From the NCBI GenBank assembly GCA_035439365.1, contig DAORKB010000003.1:1-53255 (forward strand): a stretch of DNA of 53,255 nucleotides. The letters run 5' to 3'. The notes under the pieces were generated by a model. It did no database searches. It had not been told where the DNA came from and worked only from the letters and a program-made list of their open reading frames with translations. Below, piece after piece: positions 46,908-53,255 of this stretch (position 1 is the first letter of the stretch; each line of letters begins with the position of its first letter). The DNA is from Bacteroidia bacterium. GTDB lineage: Bacteria; Bacteroidota; Bacteroidia; 2-12-FULL-35-15. Position numbers and translations under genes: made by a program.

Positions 46908-46920
46908 TAATTGGAACTAA

Positions 46921-47172
46921 ATGAAGAAGAAGGCATTGAAAAATTTATCGGAATTAAAAATCGGGCAAAGTGCTATTATCGACTCGTTTACAGATAAAGA
47001 AATGGCGCTTAAATTAATGGAAATGGGTTGTACACCTGGTGAAGTGGTTAAACTTGATCAGATTGCTCCTCTGGGTGATCCAATTGCGATCTCTGTTTCA
47101 GGATATTTATTAAGTCTTCGTAAAGCAGAAGCCTCTACCGTTTTGGTTTCTCTTTTTAAACCAAAGCATTAA
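46921..47172 (+). CDS. feoA: Ferrous iron transport protein A
   Basis: 83-aa SH3-like FeoA (LKIGQSAIIDSF...GCTPGEVVKL...GDPIAISVSGYLLSLRKAEA). Confidence 0.85.
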   Translation: MKKKALKNLSELKIGQSAIIDSFTDKEMALKLMEMGCTPGEVVKLDQIAPLGDPIAISVSGYLLSLRKAEASTVLVSLFKPKH

Positions 47173-47182
47173 TTTTTGGAGT

Positions 47183-49327
47183 GTGGATCCAGCTAAATCC
47201 TTTGTACATCTTTCCGAACGATCCTCTATAAAGGTTGCTTTTGTTGGTAATCCCAACAGTGGTAAATCTACCTTATTCAATGCCCTCACCGGGTTAAATC
47301 AACGCACCGGTAATTTTCCAGGTGTTACGGTCGATAAAAAAGTAGGAACAGCAAAAATTGCTGCCAACACAACTGCCGAATTTGTTGACCTCCCGGGGAC
47401 TTACAGCTTGTATCCCAAATCACTGGATGAACGTGTAGCCTGTGAGGTGCTTTGCAATCCGGATAATCCCGATCATCCCGATGTGACTGTCATCATTGCT
47501 GATGCAAGCAATTTAAAAAGAAACCTGTTTTTAGTTTCGCAAATAATTGATTTGAAAATTCCGGTTATTCTTGCCCTCAATATGATGGATATGCTGGAAA
47601 AAGAAGGGGTTGTTATTGATACCGTTCGTCTTTCCGAAAGACTTGGCGTGAAAGTAATTGCAATCAGTGCACGTAATCGCGAAGGGTTGGATGAATTGAA
47701 AAAAGCACTCTTAGAACCGTTACAAATTCCACCGTATGATTTTATTGATGTCAAAAAAATTGCAGGTGAAGCCATCGATCGGGTAAAGTCGGTTGCAACT
47801 GTAAGTAGCGACTTTGCTGCATTTCATACAGTTAATACAATAAAACATGTGGATATTTTTGATAGAAAAAAAGAACATTACAATCGGATTGTAGATGCCC
47901 TGAATACACTTATCATTGATGAAACCCGCCTTCAGTCTGTAGAAAGTGTAGAACGATATAAAGTAATCAACCGGATTGTGGATGAATGTATGACAAAGCA
48001 ATCGACCACACAAACCAAATCGTTTACACAAAAACTCGACAGCATTTTAACGCATCGTATTTTTGGATATGTCGCTTTTTTGATCATACTCTTTTTAATT
48101 TTTCAAACCATCTTTTTTCTGGCGGCATTCCCTATGGAGTGGATCGAAACATTGTTTGTAACGCTTACCAATTGGGCCACACAAACATTACCAACGGGAG
48201 AGTTGAGTGATTTACTAGTGAATGGAATATTAGCAGGGTTAAGCGGAGTGGTTGTATTTGTGCCTCAAATCGCATTGTTGTTTACATTTATTACCATACT
48301 GGAAGATACCGGATACATGGCACGTGTAAGTTTTATTATGGATAAGCTTATGCGCAAATTCGGATTAAATGGCCGTTCGGTTATTCCTTTAATAAGTGGT
48401 GTTGCATGTGCTGTTCCTGCAATTATGAGTGCACGTACAATTAGCAATTGGAAAGAACGCATCATCACCATCATGATCACACCGCTGATGAGTTGCTCTG
48501 CCCGACTGCCCGTATACACATTACTTATTTCATTAGTTGTTCCGGCAGATAAAAAATTGGGCTTTTTTAATTATCAGGGTTTGGTATTAATGAGTTTGTA
48601 TTTAATAGGGTTTTTGGCAGCCATGATTTCAGCATTGGCAATGAAATGGATTTTAAAAGCAAAAGAAAAAAGTTATTTCATTATGGAGTTGCCTGTTTAT
48701 CGAAGCCCCAAATGGCATTCGGTAGGTTTAACGATTTATGATAAAGTAAAAGTTTTTTTGTGGGAGGCAGGAAAAATTATCCTTGCTATATCTGTTATTT
48801 TATGGTTCCTGACGGCGCATGGCCCTAAAAATGAATTTGTAAAAATTGAGGAAAAGTATAAAACGCTATCGATAGTAAACGAAAAACCACAAGAGGAAAT
48901 CGAAGCCCTGATAGCTTCCGAAAAACTTGAGAAATCGTATGCAGGAATGCTTGGTAGATCAATAGAACCGGCGATAAAACCATTGGGTTTTGACTGGAAA
49001 ATAGGAATTGCACTCATTACGTCTTTTGCAGCAAGAGAAGTATTTGTTGGAACCATGGCTACCATTTACAGTGCAGGTGATGCAGATAACACACTATCCA
49101 TACGCGAGAAAATGCAGGCAGAAAAAGATGAGAATGGCTTGCCCAAGTATACATTAGCCGTTGGATTTGCCCTTATGATATTTTATGCATTTGCCATGCA
49201 GTGTACCAGTACATTGGCGGTTGTTTATCGCGAAACCAAAAGTTGGAAATGGCCACTTGCTCAATTCCTGTTTATGAGCATATTAGCTTATGTTTCCAGC
49301 TATATCGTTTATCAGTTGTTGCGCTAA
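47183..49327 (+). CDS. feoB: Ferrous iron transporter FeoB
   Basis: GTG start. G-domain GNPNSGKSTLFNALTG, DLPGTYSL and NMMD, followed by a polytopic permease domain. Confidence 0.95.
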   Translation: MDPAKSFVHLSERSSIKVAFVGNPNSGKSTLFNALTGLNQRTGNFPGVTVDKKVGTAKIAANTTAEFVDLPGTYSLYPKSLDERVACEVLCNPDNPDHPDVTVIIADASNLKRNLFLVSQIIDLKIPVILALNMMDMLEKEGVVIDTVRLSERLGVKVIAISARNREGLDELKKALLEPLQIPPYDFIDVKKIAGEAIDRVKSVATVSSDFAAFHTVNTIKHVDIFDRKKEHYNRIVDALNTLIIDETRLQSVESVERYKVINRIVDECMTKQSTTQTKSFTQKLDSILTHRIFGYVAFLIILFLIFQTIFFLAAFPMEWIETLFVTLTNWATQTLPTGELSDLLVNGILAGLSGVVVFVPQIALLFTFITILEDTGYMARVSFIMDKLMRKFGLNGRSVIPLISGVACAVPAIMSARTISNWKERIITIMITPLMSCSARLPVYTLLISLVVPADKKLGFFNYQGLVLMSLYLIGFLAAMISALAMKWILKAKEKSYFIMELPVYRSPKWHSVGLTIYDKVKVFLWEAGKIILAISVILWFLTAHGPKNEFVKIEEKYKTLSIVNEKPQEEIEALIASEKLEKSYAGMLGRSIEPAIKPLGFDWKIGIALITSFAAREVFVGTMATIYSAGDADNTLSIREKMQAEKDENGLPKYTLAVGFALMIFYAFAMQCTSTLAVVYRETKSWKWPLAQFLFMSILAYVSSYIVYQLLR

Positions 49328-49380
49328 TTATTTTTTCTTTGTACTTTTAGTGATCAATAACAAAAAGCGAATACCTCTGA

Positions 49381-50052
49381 ATGAATCAACTTGAACGTAA
49401 CCAATCCATTCTTCACAAATACATTCCCGAAAAAGCAGTACCAACCATTTCCGAGTGGATCTATAAGTATGATTTTAAATTAAGAATAAAAAAATCAAGG
49501 GCTTCTAAATATGGAGATTACCGGCCACCCACACGGGGAGAAAATCATCTGATCACGATCAACTACGATATGAATCCCTATGCATTTTTGATCACACTGA
49601 TTCATGAAATTGCACATTTAACCAACTGGAACAAATATAAAAACGCAGTATTACCGCATGGACCCGAATGGAAACTGGAATTTAAAATATTGATGAATTA
49701 TTTTTTACATGAACAGATTTTTCCGGATGATGTGACCCTGGCATTGAAAAAATATATGCAAGACCCTGCCGCTTCCAGCTGTTCTGATACCATGTTGTTA
49801 AGAGCGCTTAAGAAGTATGATCACCGTCAGGATACTATTCTGTTAGAGGAACTACCTGAAGGTGCGACATTTAGATACAACAAAGAGCGCACATTTATTA
49901 AGAACGAGTTGGTACGTAAACGCTATAAATGTAAGGAATTGAAGAGCAACCGTACCTATTTATTCAACCCGCTTACCGAGGTGGAGCTCGTTTCTGTGCC
50001 CCAAAAACAAGGCTTAAAAGATGGTTTTGGCATTTTTTCCCAGCCAAAATAA
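49381..50052 (+). CDS. SprT-like zinc metalloprotease domain protein
   Basis: HEIAHL (HExxH) followed by HGPEW, 223 aa. Confidence 0.65.
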   Translation: MNQLERNQSILHKYIPEKAVPTISEWIYKYDFKLRIKKSRASKYGDYRPPTRGENHLITINYDMNPYAFLITLIHEIAHLTNWNKYKNAVLPHGPEWKLEFKILMNYFLHEQIFPDDVTLALKKYMQDPAASSCSDTMLLRALKKYDHRQDTILLEELPEGATFRYNKERTFIKNELVRKRYKCKELKSNRTYLFNPLTEVELVSVPQKQGLKDGFGIFSQPK

Positions 50053-50099
50053 TATTCCTCAAATATGAAAGAAATAGCTGTAGTCTGCTTGGTTTTTAT

Positions 50100-50107
50100 T
50101 AAATTTG
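50100..50107 (+). promoter_or_regulatory. Candidate -7 box (taaatttg) for the aminotransferase gene
   Basis: Exact TAnnTTTG, 45 nt upstream of the 50153 ATG. Confidence 0.4.
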
Positions 50108-50152
50108 CAGCTCATAAACAAGATCTATTAATTCAGTAAAAATCTCTAAAAA

Positions 50153-51445
50153 ATGAGCACAACAACAGTTGAAAAAAACCTTGATTTGAAAGTATCAAAA
50201 CTTGCCGAAAACATTATTGGATCAGAAATTATTAAGATTGCAGCTGAGGTAAATGAGAAGATAAAGAAGGGCGAAAAGGTATATAATTTAACGATAGGTG
50301 ACTTCAACCCAAAGGTATTTCCAATCCCTTCTGAATTAAAACGTTTTATTATTCAGGAATATGAAAATGATCAAACCAATTATCCTGCAGCAGATGGTAT
50401 GTTGGAATTGCGTTCTGCAGTTTCAAAACTAATGAAGGAGCGAGGAGAATTAGATTATAAACCCGATGAAGTTGTTATTGCTGCTGGTGCACGCCCTGTT
50501 ATTTATGCCCTTTTCAGAGCAGTGGTTGATCAGGGAGATACGGTTTTGTTTCCGGTACCATCCTGGAACAATAATCACTATACGTATTTGAATAACGCGG
50601 AAGCCATATTAATTGAAACCAAGCCAGAGCATAAATTTATGCCTACTGCTGCTGATTTGAAACCACATATTTCCAAAGCAAATTTAATTGCATTGTGTTC
50701 GCCAAATAATCCAACAGGAACAACTTTCCGTAAAAATGATTTAGAAGAAATTTGTGATTTGATTTTAGAAGAAAATCAAAAAAGAAATGCTGCCGGCAAA
50801 AAACAGTTGTATCTCATGTATGATCAAATGTATTGGGCACTTACATTTGGTGACACAAAACATTACAATCCGGTTTCATTGCGTCCAGAGATGAAAAATT
50901 ACACCATTTTTATTGATGGTATATCCAAATCGCTCGCTGCAACAGGAGTTAGAGTGGGTTGGAGTTTGGGCCCAAAAAAGGTGATTGATAAAATGAAATC
51001 CATTTTAACGCATATTGGAGCGTGGGCTCCCAAAGCAGAGCAATTAGCCACAGGTTCCTATTTAGATAATTTGAAACAATACGATCAGTTTTTAGGAGAA
51101 ATTAAATCAAAAATCAATGATCGTCTGGTCGGATTCTATGAAGGATTTCAATCGCTAAAAGCAGAAGGATATAAAGTTGATGCAATTGCACCGGAAGCTG
51201 CTATTTATCTGACTGTTCAATTTGCGTTACACGGATTAAAAACTCAGGAAGGAGTAGTCCTGAAAACCACACAAGATGTTACAAAATACATTTTGGATGA
51301 TGCAAATGTAGCATTGGTTCCCTTTTATGCATTCGGTGCTTCTTCAGATTCAAGCTGGTATCGCTTATCAGTTGGAACTTGCAAATTAGAGGATGTAAAA
51401 GGAGTAATTGAAAACCTTCGTAAGTCACTAAAAAAATTATCCTAA
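50153..51445 (+). CDS. PLP-dependent aminotransferase, class I/II
   Basis: PNNPTG motif and PLP-Lys context DGISKSLAATGVRVGW, 430 aa. Confidence 0.8.
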   Translation: MSTTTVEKNLDLKVSKLAENIIGSEIIKIAAEVNEKIKKGEKVYNLTIGDFNPKVFPIPSELKRFIIQEYENDQTNYPAADGMLELRSAVSKLMKERGELDYKPDEVVIAAGARPVIYALFRAVVDQGDTVLFPVPSWNNNHYTYLNNAEAILIETKPEHKFMPTAADLKPHISKANLIALCSPNNPTGTTFRKNDLEEICDLILEENQKRNAAGKKQLYLMYDQMYWALTFGDTKHYNPVSLRPEMKNYTIFIDGISKSLAATGVRVGWSLGPKKVIDKMKSILTHIGAWAPKAEQLATGSYLDNLKQYDQFLGEIKSKINDRLVGFYEGFQSLKAEGYKVDAIAPEAAIYLTVQFALHGLKTQEGVVLKTTQDVTKYILDDANVALVPFYAFGASSDSSWYRLSVGTCKLEDVKGVIENLRKSLKKLS

Positions 51446-51455
51446 TTTAAATCAG

Positions 51456-51492
51456 CACCCATGATACACGTTATGTGTATCATGGGTGTTTA
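51456..51492 (+). terminator. Rho-independent terminator
   Basis: Perfect 14-bp stem cacccatgatacac/gtgtatcatgggtg with a 5-nt loop, followed by a T-rich tract. Confidence 0.8.
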
Positions 51493-51549
51493 TGCTGGTA
51501 CTAGCTAAACCTGGGCTCTTAATTAATTAGTAATAAAAAATTTGTTCAA

Positions 51550-52638
51550 GTGGAAAATAATTATTGCGTAATAATGGCTGGGGGCGTAGGAAGCCGGTTT
51601 TGGCCCATGAGCAGAACCGCTCACCCAAAACAATTTATCGATATTTTAGGTACTGGTAAAACATTGTTGCAACAAACATACAGCCGTTTTCTGAGACTTT
51701 GTCCCAAAGAAAACATTTACATCGTTACCAATGAAGATTACATTGATTTGGTAAAAGAACAAATTAGTGATATTGCCGATAAAAACATTTTAAGTGAACC
51801 AGCCCGGAAAAATACAGCTCCTTGTGTTGCCTATGCCTGCTATAAAATAGCTCAGTTAAACCCAAATGCATTAACGGTTGTTGCACCTTCAGATCACCTT
51901 ATCACAAAAGAAAATATTTTCATTAAAGCAATTAAAGCATGCTTTGCAAAGGCAGCTTCCGAAGATTGTCTGGTAACACTTGGAATTCGCCCCAGCCGCC
52001 CCGATACTGGCTATGGCTATATTCAATTTGTTGAATCTGAAATCAAAGAAAAAGATAAACGAATTAAAAAAGTAAAAACATTTACGGAGAAGCCAGAGTT
52101 GGAAATGGCTAAATTCTTTTTACAAAGTGGTGACTTTTTATGGAACTCCGGAATTTTTGTCTGGAGCGTAAATAGCGTTATCAAAGCTTTTGAAAAGCAT
52201 GCTCCCGAATTGGATGTGCTTTTTAAAGAAGGAAACGATAAATACAATACACCGGCTGAAAAAGAATTTATTGAAAAAATTTACACCAACTGTAAAAATG
52301 TATCCATCGATATTGCCGTAATGGAAAAGGCAGAAAATGTATATGTACGTTCATCCATTATTGGTTGGAGTGACCTGGGAACCTGGGGATCACTTTACGA
52401 ACACATTCCTCACGATGAAAACCAAAACGCTATTGTTGGAAAAAATGCAATGTTATACGATTCAAAAAATTGCATCATCAATGTTCCAAAAGATAAATTA
52501 GTCGTATTACAAGGTCTGGAAGATTATATTGTTGTTGAATCGGATAGCATTTTGTTGATTTGCAAAAAAGAAGATGAACAGCACATACGTACTTTTGTGA
52601 ACGATGTAAAGGTGACAAAAGGAGAAAAATTTGTTTAA
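51550..52638 (+). CDS. manC: Mannose-1-phosphate guanylyltransferase (nucleotidyltransferase domain only)
   Basis: GTG start. IMAGGVGSRFWPMSR...PKQF signature, 362 aa. Confidence 0.8.
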   Translation: MENNYCVIMAGGVGSRFWPMSRTAHPKQFIDILGTGKTLLQQTYSRFLRLCPKENIYIVTNEDYIDLVKEQISDIADKNILSEPARKNTAPCVAYACYKIAQLNPNALTVVAPSDHLITKENIFIKAIKACFAKAASEDCLVTLGIRPSRPDTGYGYIQFVESEIKEKDKRIKKVKTFTEKPELEMAKFFLQSGDFLWNSGIFVWSVNSVIKAFEKHAPELDVLFKEGNDKYNTPAEKEFIEKIYTNCKNVSIDIAVMEKAENVYVRSSIIGWSDLGTWGSLYEHIPHDENQNAIVGKNAMLYDSKNCIINVPKDKLVVLQGLEDYIVVESDSILLICKKEDEQHIRTFVNDVKVTKGEKFV

Positions 52639-52646
52639 ATCTTTTG

Positions 52647-53255
52647 CTACTCGTTTTCACTGTTCGAAGATTTCTCTTTGCCAATGAAAGCAGCAGAAAA
52701 ATACATGATAAACCGTGCACCGATCATGGATTGCTCCTTGTTCCAATCACCAAACAGTGAACCTCCAATCCCAATATCATAGCTGATTTTTTTGACAATT
52801 TCTGCTTCGGCATAAATCCCCGGGTGTTGATAGCGCCTGTTGTAAGTACTGTCACTATCCCTTCCATTGCCAGAAGAATAGGAGATTCCGGCAAACCCTG
52901 CAATGTGAACATCTTTGTCCTCAAACCTGGTTCCGTAACATATATGAGCCTGATAATTATTATATGAGCGAACTTTTTCTCCTGTTAGCATTACTCCAAC
53001 CTGGAAATAGGATCGTTTGATGTGGAAATTGACATCGGCGCTTCCGGCAAAACCAAGGCCTATACCATACGTTAGATTTTGTTGTGCACCGATCCCAATA
53101 TTGATCCAGTTGTTATAGTATTGAAATCGTTTGTTTTCAATAACAAACTGGCTGTCTAATGGAATAAGACGCTTGCCATTTCTGAATTCAGTTTGCTTCT
53201 TTTTGACGGCTTTATACCGAACACCATTTATTACCGTATCTTTTTGAGCATAGGA
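52647..53255 (-). CDS. Probable outer-membrane beta-barrel protein (5' end just outside the window)
   Basis: The minus-strand frame of ORF 52647..52991 stays open to base 53255 (SYAQKDTVINGVRYKAV...). It shows the alternating Gly/aromatic pattern typical of small beta-barrels. Confidence 0.45.
   Translation of the reverse strand, partial: SYAQKDTVINGVRYKAVKKKQTEFRNGKRLIPLDSQFVIENKRFQYYNNWINIGIGAQQNLTYGIGLGFAGSADVNFHIKRSYFQVGVMLTGEKVRSYNNYQAHICYGTRFEDKDVHIAGFAGISYSSGNGRDSDSTYNRRYQHPGIYAEAEIVKKISYDIGIGGSLFGDWNKEQSMIGARFIMYFSAAFIGKEKSSNSENE

Noticed and set aside
50065-50139. 24-aa ORF MKEIAVVCLVFIKFAAHKQDLLIQ upstream of the aminotransferase gene.
   Set aside because: It spans the predicted -7 promoter box of the downstream gene and has no promoter of its own and no distinctive features, so it is probably a chance ORF.
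1-53255. Defence systems, toxin-antitoxin pairs, prophage or transposon content.
   Set aside because: I recognised no nuclease, helicase, methylase, reverse transcriptase, integrase or transposase motifs in any ORF. The gene content and synteny (gldE-gldD-ssb-mutY, HU, rng, mgtE-rsmA, gcvP, feoAB) are those of core genome.

Overview
This 53-kb chromosomal segment comes from a low-GC member of the Bacteroidota. The supporting evidence is gldD/gldE gliding genes, a T9SS C-terminal sorting domain, many exact TAnnTTTG -7 promoter boxes just upstream of start codons, and frequent GTG/TTG starts. I recognise about 50 protein genes, nearly all housekeeping. In order they are: lptC (partial), a CNNM/CBS hemolysin-family protein, a PpiD-like chaperone, an anti-sigma/sigma pair, ctaA, gldD-gldE-ssb-mutY, HU, a TPR protein, a 29-aa ultra-basic micro-ORF, RNase G, a CHASE3/PAS hybrid histidine kinase plus a stand-alone receiver, a serine hydrolase, adenine deaminase, a 2-hydroxyacid dehydrogenase, mgtE, rsmA, a kynurenine/3-hydroxyanthranilate cluster, hemL, gcvP, a T9SS cargo protein, MlaFE-like ABC components, feoAB, a SprT-like protein, an aminotransferase, mannose-1-P guanylyltransferase and a partial outer-membrane protein. 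I found no rRNA, tRNA, CRISPR array, transposase, integrase, phage module or recognisable defence genes, so this reads as core genome rather than an accessory island, and I cannot point to a clear novel multi-gene system. Five things deserve a second look. (1) The kynurenine cluster at 28.5-37.0 kb carries an atypical SDR and a RidA-family gene, lacks the usual lower-pathway genes, and has two convergent kynureninase paralogs with different specificity-site residues. (2) A nested palindrome architecture with an orphan ORF is wedged between the stop codons of hemL and a UbiA-like gene (38.44-38.96 kb). (3) Two micro-ORFs fall below the ORF-track cutoff: a bS22-like basic peptide and a Cys/His-containing mini-lipoprotein with its own promoter upstream of feoAB. 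(4) A sigma factor retains only region 2 next to an intact anti-sigma gene. (5) A Gly/Ser-rich two-repeat secreted protein runs into the 3' end of the neighbouring convergent gene. All product calls come from motif recognition by eye and memory; no searches were run.
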